Shown here: in pieces, positions 38,264 through 50,867 of the stretch
How the letters are laid out: the number at the start of each line of letters is the position of its first letter
Numbering within the stretch: the first letter of the stretch is position 1
DNA from: Octopus vulgaris
Lineage: Eukaryota
Assembly (NCBI GenBank): GCA_951406725.2
Contig: OX597814.1
Location: 136,028,001-136,092,000, forward strand
Length of the DNA stretch: 64,000 nt
Direction of reading: 5' to 3'
Notes under the pieces: model-generated
What the model was told of the DNA's origin: nothing
Seen by the model: the letters and a program-made list of their open reading frames with translations, nothing else
The model's database searches: none
Made by a program: the position numbers and the translations under genes

Positions 38264-39012
38264 TAGCAGCATAGCCCGGGTATGTAAGAACCCCTAGTAG
38301 GCAACGACTAATCCCAATCTAGTCCTTTCCCTCTAGGGAACGAAGGTGCATGTGTAGGTTGCAATGTCTTCTCTTCACTCCCAAATAACTATCAAACAGC
38401 TATCGATAATTCAACCCAACCAATTCCTACCAGGAAGAAATTACATTCGAGACTTTACCCCCAAGTTATTCGCAAGTTATTCGAATACTTTTTTTGTTTA
38501 CACTTTCTTTATAACTACCACCCCAAACGTTTTACCTTAAATTTTTGACGTACCCTAAGGGTCCTCAGACGCTACTTGCAAACTCTTGGTTTATTATAAA
38601 CCGTTTTTGTCATGTGCATCAAAAAACCTTTTCCATTCGTTTGTTCACTTTTGACTTTTTCGTTGTTGTCACTCACATTGCTGCCCGCTTTTTTGCCGTT
38701 TTTGTACATTTTTATACATTTTGGGATACTTACCCCACGTGTTCCGAGAGTTAAAAAGGTCGAGTTGCATCCCCTAGACAGTCTGTAGAAAATGTGTTGC
38801 ATATAAAAAGCTTAGATTCTCGACCCATGTCGAATTTATCGATTTTTTTTCAGAACTGGGGAACTTTTCAAAATTGTCGCTGCGTTAGTTTTGAATTATG
38901 ACATTGGGCTATGTGTGTGTCAAGTTTCATCATAATCGTTTGAAAGCCGTGGTCAGGGTGAGGGTACAACGTGACAGACACACAGACAGACAAACTGCCG
39001 TTTATATATAGA
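38263..39012 (-). mobile_element. Non-autonomous Helitron (~750 bp) inserted in a (TA)n tract
   Basis: On the - strand it begins a|TC, has a subterminal GTCT repeat and ends CCCGGG...CTAG|t; CpGs are retained, so it looks young. Confidence 0.8.
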
Positions 39013-39032
39013 TATATATATATATATATATA

Positions 39033-39440
39033 TGGTGGGGAAGCAAAACTTGGAAAATAATAGATAATTCACCAAATTGTGTATATTACAAGAACTAGCA
39101 ACCTGACATAAATATAATTTTAACACAAGTTTATAGGGGTATAAAGAGACAATTTATTCAATATGTCTGTCTTCATTTGTCCACCATATCCTTCACATGC
39201 CACTTGAAGGCATCGCAATTCTTCATGATGAAGTACTCAGACATGTTGTCTCACTCTTCCCTCAGGATTTACTTAAAATGATCAAGACTTGGATGCAAAG
39301 TTCTGTTGGCAGAGTGCTCCAATTTGCCCCATATGGCATAGTCCAGGGAGTTCATGTCTGGGCTGGAAGAAAGCTAGAAGTTGGCAGGCCAAAAGTCAGT
39401 GAAGTTGTCTTCCTAGAATTTCTGCACTTCTCCATATGAG
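39033..39440 (-). mobile_element. Tc1/mariner-superfamily (maT-like) transposase 3' fragment
   Basis: - strand FWPANF*LSSSPDMNSLDYAIWGKLE resembles WPxxSPDLNPLDY. Confidence 0.75.
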
Positions 39441-40105
39441 CAGGTGGTGAGCTGGCAGAATTTAAGGTGGTGAGCTGGCAGAATTGTTATCATGTTGGGC
39501 AAAATGCTTAGAGTTGTTTCATCTGTCTTTACATTCTGAGTTCAAATTCTGCTGTGGTTGGCTTTGTCTTTCATCCTTTTGAGGTTGATAAAATAACATC
39601 AAGTACTACGGTCAATGTAATCAACTTACCCCTTTCCTCTGAAATTGCTGTCCTTGTTCCAAAATGTGAAACTATTATTGTTTAATTTGCAAGCTGGCAG
39701 AATCGTTAGCATATCAGACAAAATGCATCACAACATTTCATCTGACTGTTTACCTTCTGAGTTCAAATCCTGCTATGGTCAATTTTGCCTTTCATCTTTT
39801 CTGGATTGATGAAATAAATACCAGTTGAGCATTGGGGTTGATGTTACCAACTAGCACCTTTCCATCAAAATTTCAGGCCTTGTGCCTTTAGTAGAAAGGA
39901 TTATTATTATTAAGCTGACAAGTTGGCAGAATTGTTTGCATATTAGACAAGATGTCTGACTTTCTATGTTCTGAGTTCAAACTCTGCCAAGATTGACTTT
40001 GCTTTACATCCTTTCGAGGTTGATAACATATGTACTGTGGTTGATATAATCAACTTAACCCAATTTCCCTAAAATTGCTGGCCTAGTGCCAAAATTAGAA
40101 AGAAC
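39441..40105 (+). mobile_element. Three head-to-tail SINE family A copies
   Basis: Same consensus; the first 5' end is locally duplicated. Confidence 0.88.
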
Positions 40106-41321
40106 TTTTGTTATTATTATCTCACCCTGGGTGAGATCAAATTGGGACTGTGATTGTAAAACAAACTTCTTGACCTGCGGCCTTATTTAAACTTTCAAGT
40201 GAACCAGCAAAAAGTTTATGGAAGTGGAATGGTTCATCTTTGTTCACTTAGTATTTGGGTTTATTTTTTGATTTGGTTGAATCTTGGTTGGTTTGTTTTT
40301 TTTGTTGGTCAGTTATTTTTAGTTTTTTGACAGAAAAATGTCACTCTAAAATTGTTTCTTAATGTAAGCGTTCCCAAACAAGTTGAATGCTTACACAGAG
40401 CAGGTTTTACAGCCACATCATCCAAACTGACCGGGTGAAACTGGACTTAGCTGTTAGTCACCTATAGACTTCACATTGTAACTGGCTTTATCTACGTTGG
40501 CAGAGTAGTGTGGTAGTTGTTGAATTTTTTTCTGTTTAGCTCTAGGTCAGCCCTAGGACATTGTGGTCAGCCTAACCAGTCATACCAATCTTGTTCCTAT
40601 GTGCAGAGAACTTGAGACTAATGTGTCCTTTTTTTTATAGCTAAGATGGTAAGGTGTGATTTAACCCTTTAGCATTTAAACTGGCCATATCTGTCCCAAA
40701 TATTCAACCTGTTTTATTTTCAAACTGGCCAGACCCAGCCTCTCACCTTCCTGACAATGTTATTCTTAAAATAATCATGCATCATCTCATAGCTTCTAGA
40801 TTTTGATAATGTAATTGCTTAATTCAAAACAATGTTAGTAAATAAGCTTTTCATTGGATAGAATAATCTCAATGTTAAAGGATTAAGGGAGGTTTGGCTG
40901 CTATTTCTAGCATCAACAACCTTATAACAATTCTCTTGTTGGCTTGAAAATATGTCCCACTGCTGTTACCAGTGCTTGGTGCCTCAATTTTGGTTATGCG
41001 TTTGTACTCCTGACTTTATTCCCTAGTCTATGTGCAGATCGGGGGACCCCCACGGTTCTGTGTGAATCACAATGTTTTTGTTTGGTTCTGTAATATATTA
41101 ACTTACATTCTGTGGTTTAGTTTTGTCATCAGTGCCTAATTGTGTGTTGATCAATTTGACTCTGCTGCCATTGTTGTGTGTGCACAGCAGTTGGCTTGTT
41201 CTCAGTTGCATACCCATGTGACAGTTGTTGGCAGTGATGAGAAAATAGTTCTAGTGATGGAATATCAACTTGGTTTGCATTAGTTATTAACTTTTTAGTT
41301 TTGTTATTAATAGGAAGAGAA

Positions 41322-41538
41322 AGGCAGTGAATTGGACAAAATGCATAGTGGCATTTCTTCTAGTTCTTTACATTCTGAGTTCATATTCTGCTGAGGTTGA
41401 CTTTGCCTTTCATCCTTTCTAGGTTGATAAAATAAAGTACAAGTTGAACATTGGGGGTCAATATAATTGAATTACTCTCTTCACTGAAAATTACAGGCTT
41501 TGTGCCAAAATTTGAAAGAATTATTATTATTGTTGTTG

Positions 41539-41602
<64 letters not shown>

Positions 41603-41818
41603 GGTGACAAGCTGGCAGAATTGTTAGCATGCTAAGCAAAATGCTTAGTGGCATTTCGTCGGTTTTTATGTTCTGAGTTCAAATTCCGCTGACGTCAACT
41701 TTGCGTTTCTTCCTTTTAGGGTTGATAAATTAAGTATCAGTTGAGTACTGAGGCTAATGTAATTGGCTTAACCCCCTCCCCCAAAATGTCAAGCCTTGTG
41801 CTTATAGCAGAAAGGATT
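41322..41818 (+). mobile_element. Two SINE family A copies around a long (TTA)n; single copies also at ~20845, 21338, 22015, 22560, 24302 and 26958
   Basis: Same consensus. Confidence 0.85.
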
Positions 41819-44800
41819 TTTATTATTATTATTTACTCTTAATCTGCATGTTTGTTACAATCACTTGCCGAGACACACCCATCATCCTAGGGTGAGTGAA
41901 GGGTAAGAAATGTTAGAGTATGACTGAAAGCTTAGGGAGGGGAAGTGGCAGGGCCACTTATTATTATTATTATTATTATCAGCAAGATGTCAAGGAATGC
42001 AAGCAGACACTTTCCTCTTCTTCATACCTTTGTCCATTTCTTTGTGTACCATTTGGAAAAGAAGGAGTAGAAATGGAAGTGCTAATCTCTGGTGAATTTA
42101 CTGAAAGATGGATGAAATTAGCTTGTATGTTCCATGTAAATCAGATTAATATGAGTATATACTTGTGGAGGTACATGGTCTAGTGGTTAGGCTGTTGCAT
42201 TCACAATCGCTAGATTGTGGGTTCGATCCCCTGACTGGGCTGCGCATTGTGTTCTTGACCAAACCACTTCATTACATATTGCTCCAGTTCCCTTTTGATC
42301 AGTGGGGAATGTTGGCCTGCTCGCCTAGCCAGTGTGGTGGCATCATTTGGAGGCTAAAACAATGCAAAAGGGCATTGTGACAAGTGATGTGTAACAACAT
42401 CTGATAGCCTGGTCGATCACATGATACACCTGTAGGTCAGAGAACCTATTTGAAAGACAGCCCTTGTTCTTAGCAATAAAGATAACCAAGGATTTCTGGG
42501 GTTCTGATTAGCTCATGGTTTTTTTTTTTCATTCTGTTTCTTATATTGATTAGGTGAGGTAAAAATATTTTATAAAATATTGACATTGTTGTTAATCTCT
42601 AAATCATTGTCTTATAAGTTTTCCAATGAAATCCTGCTCTCTAAAATTACACATCATTTCAGTTTAGTCTCTCATATTTGAGTCATTTTATAACAATGCT
42701 AAGAGCTTATTTAGTGATGTCAACTTGATTCCTTCTGTATCTTTACATCACCAGTTACTGTTACTAATAAATAATCGACTAGTTTCTCCTGTCTTTCACT
42801 GTGTCTTGTTTGATTTGAATCATCACCAACAAGACAGTCATTTCAACAAGCCCAGCCTTAACTGTCGTGTTAATTTCAAGCTGAAAATAATTTTGTTTTA
42901 TATTATATTTCACAACTTGAATTTGTTAATTTAGACATTTAATAGTTTGATTTTTCTAACTTTTTTCTACCAATCAACTTATGTTATATTTTTTTTTTAT
43001 ATCTTTCTTTTCTTTTTCTTTGAGGTTCCCATTGTAAGTATGAGTCTCTTCCTTGCTCCTTTTTCAGTGTGAATGATCCTTGATGTCCATCTGAAGCTTG
43101 TCACTCACTAGTTATATTTTGCTACTACTGACCTTCTATTCACTTTCTCTTCTGATTGTCGTGGTAGGCTTGTTGTAATACTAAGTGTGCGAATAGGTTT
43201 ATAAAGTTTACTACATTATTTATAAACTCCTGTTTATACTGTAGAAAAAAAAAAGAGAATAAAAATAAAAGGGTAAAATAGTCGCCATCTGTCTGTTGAT
43301 TGCTGAATGTTTAGTTTTAGCTGTGATGCTAACACCAGATAGAATCTGTTAGTCATTCCATTGGGTAGCATATATTGAAGGAAACAGGTTAATTCTCTGT
43401 TAACGTACAGTTCAATAAAATAGAACTTGTTTGTGTTTAGTAATATTTCTAAAATACTCTAGATATGGTGATGAAGTCTGATGTTGAAGATTGCACACTA
43501 TAGCATTGTTCATTCAGAAATTCAGAAAAAAACAACAACAAAAAACAAAAAACAAAAGCAAAATGGTTTTTGCATTAAATTTGGCAGCTTATAAGTGAAG
43601 AAATTGGTGTGTTGTGTGAATTTTGATGGCTAATAGGATTGTGTAAACCATAAATGTTATTTAATATTGTTGTTAGCAACAACAATAATTATTGAATCTG
43701 ATTTATATAACCACACTAAGCAGTGAGTATTGTCACAAACTTATGGTTTGCTACTGTGGTGATTTTTGATGGTGTTTACCTAATTTATGACTATTTTCTG
43801 CTCTGGCATAATTAGGACCTCATTACGTACAAAGTGGTGAAGTGACAGAGTTGTTAGAGCATTGGATTAAATGCCGCACAGTATTTATTCCGAATCTCTG
43901 TACTCTGAGATCAAATTGTTGGAATATTTTGTGTGTATTATAGAAGCATAATCAATTTATTGCAGATAAAGTTTTACAACAAAATCCCCAAGGGCCATAT
44001 GGACTCCAGTCGAGAATCACTGTTCAGGAGTAAATAAAAATGTTACCAATCCTGGATAGAGGAGTGGTGAAACTCTCAGAATGTTGGACTTGGATGTCTT
44101 TTAGTGTATTTATTCTGGCTGTGTTCTGAAACAAATTTCACTTAGGTGCCTAAAATACAACTTCACCAGCCCACAGGCTTAGTATGATGAGTAAGGTGAA
44201 TCCTTGAAACAAAAGGCCAACACTAAAGAGAGGAGTTCCTTTCACTGGAGAGACATGTGCCCTAGTGAAGGAATTAAGTAAAAATTTCACTTTGAAGAAA
44301 TAAAGATTTTGTCTCATGATTCTTTGAAATAAACACACATTGAATGTATTCTATGTTTATGGAAACCAGTTTTCTGGTTTTCCCTAAACCTTAGAGTTCA
44401 ATATTTATCATAACCTGCAGATATTTTTTTAACATCTAACCTTGCTTCTTTTTAGTAAACTATTTGGTAATATCTTCTATTGTCTTTCTATATTACAGTT
44501 ATAACATACCTTCAGTTGACTTCAGTTTTGTTTGCCAATTTTACATTTAAGATTGTATTATTTTATAACTGGCACCAAATTTAACAGAGAAAATTAAAAC
44601 TGACAGATTTATAAAATTTGGTTCTTGAATGAATTTCACAGACTCCTTCAATCTATTTGTTTATTTTTTTTGTATGATCTTAATATTCCATGTTTTTTAT
44701 GTGTACTATTTTGAAATTGTTATAGTGCATACTCCTCCTCACACACGCACACACACACACATCTTGCATGTGTTTGCATTTCAATGGGGAAACTGAGTTT

Positions 44801-46371
44801 TAGAATTTTCAAATAAAGATTACTCTTTTTATTATTGAGATGATTCTGTAAGGAGGACAAATGTCTAGATTCTCAATGTTAATTATTAATATTTCAGTGA
44901 TTTATACCTACACAACAACTTTGTTTAAAATATATATGTTATTTATATATGGGCAAGGAACATTAATTTATATCTAGTTTTATATAGTGTTCATTGAAAT
45001 ATGTACTTTAGATTTGATATTCATTTGTAAACACTACTTATGTTCCTATGTGTAAAATATTTCATAAAATGAGTTGCCTTGCTATTTTAATTTTACTTTT
45101 GCCTCTATTTTTTTGTGCATTTCCAGTCTACAATACTTGAGTGTGTGCACACATGTAAACATATACTTGGATGCAACAACATATACATATATAAACAAAC
45201 TTAAATTGGATTTTTTTAGAAGCATCAAATTTGTATCGTATTATTCAGATGAGAAAGTAATATTTTGAATGCAGCATTGCTGTAAAAACAGAAAAATTGG
45301 GTATTACCACCCTTGTAAGATAGAAAAAAGTTGTCAACAAACAACCATGGGTGAGAATATAAAACAGTCCTGTGGCTTGTTTGTTGGCCACTTTTTCCCA
45401 TCTTACAATACCCAATTTTTCTGCTGTTTTCATTGGAGATACTGTGTTTGAAATATTACTTTCTTGTCTGTATAATACGATATACTTGAATGTATTTATT
45501 GAATGACACAAACATAGAGCACTTACATTCAAAACTCTGTGTTTCTCGAAAACATTTATTTTCTATCAGTCTTCAGCTGCTGCAATCATTATTAATAAGC
45601 TATCAGCGTAACAAATAAATCAATGTCGAGAAACTCAGAATCCTGAATGTAAAGCACTCTTGATTGCATCATTTAATAAATTCAACCCTCTATTTCCAAT
45701 GATACTGAGGTCTTTTGTTATCAGATATATGGTTTGTTGATAAACTTGAATACACACACCCACACACACACAGAAAAGCATGTTCATTGTTTGACTTTCT
45801 TTGCTTATGACTTTGTTGTTCTAGTTGGTTATAATAGATGTTATTTACTGACTTTTTTTTTTTATCTTCTAATTTGAAAGATTTTATAATCATAAAGGAT
45901 AAATTTGCTGTTATAATTTTCTAGAGAAGAAAATTAACATAGAGGGCATCTAAGACTTCAACACATTCTGCAATTTCTTTTTCATCTCTTTCATTGTGAA
46001 TGAATTTTCAAAATTCAATTGAGATTCGTGTTTCAGTCATATAAGAGAGAGAGAGAGAGAGTGTGTGTGTGTGTGTTTGTGCATGCTAATTGTGGTAACT
46101 GCAGTATGCCTGGCTGAGAATATGAAATACTTTTATCAGTAAGAGGGACATTTAGCTAAGAACCAGTCCACTATCATGGATGTTCAGCAATTTGAGAAAA
46201 TCAACATCAAATGATTTCCAAAATTTTCATGTTTTGTTCAGTGGAGCTCAGCGTGTTTATCTTGTATGCTTGTTTAGTTATTGTTGTTGTTTGAACCCAA
46301 GTCAAACTTGGTCAAGGAGATTTGTGATCATACGACCTCTTATGTATTTAAGACTCCATTGTCCAATAGCT

Positions 46372-46712
46372 TTTATCTTTTTCAGTCATTAGACTGTGGC
46401 CATGCTGGGACAATACCTTGAAGAACTTTTAGTTGAATTGATCCTAGTACTTTTTGTTAAGCATGGTACTTATTCTATCAGTCTCTCTTGTCAAGTTGCT
46501 AGGTTATGAGGATGTAAACACACCAACATTAGTAAAGTGGTGGTGGAGGTACAAACACAGACACACACACACAATGGGCTTCTTTCAGTTTCCTTCTACC
46601 AAATTCATTCACAAGGCTTTGGTTAGCTCAAGGCTATAGTAGAACACTCCCACAGTGGGACAGAACCTAGAACTATGTTGTTGGGAGGCAAGCTTTTTAC
46701 CACATAGCCATG
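46372..46712 (-). mobile_element. SINE family B, antisense copy
   Basis: Reverse complement of the 47082-47460 copy. Confidence 0.85.
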
Positions 46713-48198
46713 CTTTTTTTTTTTTAAAGACAATACAATAAGTAAGAATTTTAACTGCTGTTTCTAGTTGAGCAACCCCATGTAGGTTCCCCCTCATTGG
46801 CTCAGTTGCTTATCAGTGTGTCAGTTATGTGACCAGAAATGTAACTTAGTTGGTAGCAGAGATAGTGTTTATAATTTATGGAGATTTTTGTCAGGAGGAA
46901 GGTAGCATTAGGATGGATAAGTGGAATTATGAAGAAGTGGACATTTGCGATTGGCAAAATCTCAAAGCCAACAAAGAGCATTTGTTGCTTTTCTGAAGAT
47001 GAAAATATTGAGTTTATTCTAGGATAGAAAAATGTAAAAGAGAAACTAATTACAGGTGTCAGTTATAGAAATATGTACGACATGGCATGGCTGTGTGGCT
47101 AAGAAGTTTCCTTCCCAATCATCTGATCAGTCCCATTGTGTAGCACCTTGAGCAATTGTCTTCTGTTATATCCCCGGGCCAACCAAAGCCTTGTGAGTGG
47201 ATTTGGTTAATGGAAACTAATAGCTCATTGTGTGTGTGTAAATAATGTGCATATGTCCCTCATCACTGCTTGACAACCAGTGTTGGTTTGTTTACCCCCC
47301 CCCTATAACTTAGCAGTTTGGCAAAAGAGACCAATACAATAAGTACTAGGCTTAAAAAGTAGTCAAACAAATTTACTGGGGTAAATCTGTTTGATTAGAG
47401 CTTTCATGGTGATGCCCCAGCATGGCTGCAGTCCAATGACTGCAACAAAGGATAACAGATAAGGGCTCTCTGGTCAGCTCTGTTTGACTTGCAATGCAGA
47501 GGTAGCTGATTCAGCATTTGGATATGCTAAATTTTTGTTTGTTACAGGACCTTAACTATGCTGTGATAGTCAGAGTATGTTATGTTTATTTTACTATTGA
47601 ATCTGCTTTTGAAAAGTCTAAGAATTTGGTAGAATCTGTTGTGTAGGAAGGAGATTGTAACAAGCACAGATAAGTTTGTAAAATTTTGTGTAGTGTTTCC
47701 AGCTCCTATCTGGAAAATGTTTGAGAAAGAAGTTTTACTGCTTTTAACCATTGTTTTAAAGCAATTTTCCATTGAAGCTATTTCTAAGCTGACAATGTGA
47801 GGTTTTCTGGGGAGTTAGGAGATACCTGGTTTTTATTACCTGTAATGAATGAGACTATTGGTTAAACCAGTTCTGTGAAATGGAAGAGGTAGGTTATTTT
47901 CTCTTCTGAAATGTGTAAGTGGGTAATGTTTGTAATTTGTGTTAAATACTAAGAAAAACAACAGAAAACAAAATTATATTTATCATCTCTCTATTGGAAT
48001 AACATTGAGAGATGATGTTATTTATACATACATACACAAACAGTTTGGCTGCTTGTTTCTCTAGGATTGGTCAAATTGATGTAGACACCTTTGGTGAGAA
48101 TCCAATAAGGTTCGAAAATCAAGGCTGTTCACCATTTTTTTCAATTAACAGAGAAACAGCTCAATTAGCTCTGTTTATATAGGTCACACACACAAATT

Positions 48199-48244
<46 letters not shown>

Positions 48245-49252
48245 CACACACACGCATATATATATATATACATACACATATATACACACACACATGCATA
48301 TATATATACACACACACACACATGCATATATATATATATACACACACGCACATGCATATATATATATATATATACATACATACATATACATACACACACA
48401 CATGCATATATATACATGTATATATATTTTTATATGTACATACAAAGAGATCATCATTAATGTCCATGTTCCATGCTGGCATGGGTTGGATGGTTTGACA
48501 GGATTTGATGGGTCTAAGGACTGTATTGTGGGTCAAAGCTGACATTGGAACATGTACGTTAAACGATGACGTTTATTTAATATATAGATACACATATAGG
48601 TATGATCTAGGGATATGAGCGTAGGATGTTAGTTAGCGTCAAGCAATATGCAGTTAGTATAGGGAACAAAAAGTGGACAGTATATGACAAAATAAAAATT
48701 TATTAAGATTGTAAGTTATACACTTTTACCCATATTGAAATTATGAAGAATTTTGATAAGCTGTTTCCATACAACTCACAGTTAGGAACTAATGCCACGA
48801 AAAATGTGAATAAAAATTCAGGATTTATAAGGAGTGGAGTAGGTAGAATACAGGCTACATATGTTTCTTAACTGACTGAAGTTCATTATAAACAAACAAT
48901 GAGTCTAATGATTCATTGTTTATTTCTTGCAGCAATGTAAATTTCAAATTGGTATTTTTGACCTGATTACTAACTACGCTCACGAGAGTTCCTTGTGTAA
49001 GATGTACATAGTGGACTTTAGCTAGTTAAGAAACATATGTTGTATATATTCTTCCTATTCTTCTTACAAATTTTGAATATACACACACACACATATTTCG
49101 TTTTTGGATTTGGTTTGCAAGATCCTTTATATGAGTTCGTGTGTTGAAGCATATTCTGTTGTGTCTGGGGAGAGTCATTTTCTTTTTGTGCCTTATAATG
49201 TAACACACCCACCGGTAAAATTTCCACTTATTTCTTATTTTTTTTATTTTCT

Positions 49253-49353
49253 AAAATTATCGTTGTGTCTTGCAACCTTTTCAATAGTCTTGACTCTGTC
49301 CATTATTTACACTCTAAGACTATTGAAAAGGTTGCAAGACGCAATGAAAATTT
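49253..49353. repeat. Hairpin with a 25-bp perfect stem (extendable by G-U pairs) and a 24-nt loop
   Basis: gtcttgcaaccttttcaatagtctt (49267-49291) / aagactattgaaaaggttgcaagac (49316-49340). Confidence 0.9.
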
Positions 49354-49487
49354 CCCCAGACACAACAGTGCATATATATATATATATAAGTTCAGCAAAA
49401 TTTAGATTCAGATGAATATGGTACTTAAGTTAAAGGCACCAGAATTTGGTATGGTATTATCCATATAAATCAAATGGGATGATTATT

Positions 49488-49787
49488 ATCAAAATAAGCA
49501 ACAAGGATATCCAAGGTAGTGTAGTACAATCATTTCACGCTACTTCATTTTATTAAACATTGTAAGTATTACATCAGTTTTAAATGTTTGTAATGTCTTT
49601 GTAATGTTGGCAAATGAAATAAGTATAAAAATGTACAGTGTCTTTTTAATTAAAAAAAAATTCTATATGTGGCTGAAGATTGCTCTACATCTTAAAACTG
49701 ATGTAATACTTACATTGTTTAATAAAATGAAGTAGCATGAAACGATTGTACTACACTACCTTGGATATCCTTGTTGCTTATTTTGAT
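49488..49787. repeat. 96-bp inverted repeat with 3 mismatches
   Basis: 49488-49583 versus 49692-49787. Confidence 0.92.
49668..49755 (+). ncRNA. Minimal type I hammerhead ribozyme motif
   Basis: TGTGG-CTGAAGA-tTGCT...AGCAt-GAAA-CGATTG-TA-CTACA: core boxes intact, 5-bp stem I, short stem III. Confidence 0.65.
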
Positions 49788-50766
49788 TAATACACACAGC
49801 AATTAGATGCTTTTACAAGGTATATTGCCAGGAAACCGTTTCACTTGGTACAGAAATGATTTCTGAAAAAAAAAGCCTAAGGAAGTCATTTACAAAAAAT
49901 TAAGTGGAACTGAAGCAATTTCCAAGGGCAACCAAAGTCATTTTCAAAAATCAAATGGAGTAAAGTCTATATCATCTCAGAGTCTATTTTATTTGAAACC
50001 TTGATGTAGATTGATGTTATCATGATGCTAGCAAAATTCACTTATTGTAAAGTTTTAATATTTTTATAAATACGACTGCAAGATTTTTATGTAGAAAGAT
50101 TCACTAGTCTTGATGGTACAAGTATTTTATGGTCTTTAGACAAAGGAATTGTTGTAGTTTGAGACTTGTTAAATTATTGCTTGGAATTTCACTGACATTA
50201 AGTCAAAATTAATATCGAGTCAGAGCATATTTTTAGTTTGAGATGTTTCCACCAGGATATTCTTAAATTCTTAGCTTTTCTAGTTTTTCATCCCCATAGT
50301 GCATGTTAAATTTAGTTTCAATTGCACAACCACTCTTGCCTGCTTGATATCCCTTCTCTAAAGTATCACTCCAACTGCAATATTCTTAATAAACTGAGAT
50401 TGTTGGTTTACTTTGAATTTTTTTCCCTCCCACCCAAATTTAATTACCATGCTTTTTCTTTTTTGCTGTATTTTGGACCTGAAAAGAAACTCAAATCTTT
50501 TTATTTGTTTCAAGTTTATCAAAATGAATTTATACAACACACACCTTTTTAATTTCAGTCTGAAAAAATATTTTTAGTTTAATAAAAAATAAGTTTTTTA
50601 AAAATAAACATGACATATATACTGCTGTTGTTCTAGATTATATAAATACATATTATACATACACACTTGTTTTTGTTTCCCTCATATATTTTAATTCAAT
50701 TTTGATTTAATAATATATATAAAAAAAAAAAAAATTAACTTTTTATGTTTTTGTTTCTATTTTTAG

Positions 50767-50867
50767 TTCCTGCATTGATACCATCTCGTAGTGTGTCAAC
50801 TTGCAGTGATTTTAGCCTTGCAAGCACCAGGAGTCCTACCACTGAGGAAGATGCGGTTGAATGTTAG
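50767..50867 (+). CDS. NDRG: NDRG terminal coding exon (I-PALIPSRSVSTCSDFSLASTRSPTTEEDAVEC*)
   Basis: Strong T-rich acceptor; phase-1 entry matches the 25429 donor; Ser/Thr-rich tail ending in Cys like other NDRG C-termini. Confidence 0.85.

Noticed and set aside
39197-39439. 80-aa + strand ORF
   Set aside because: Antisense shadow of the - strand transposase fragment
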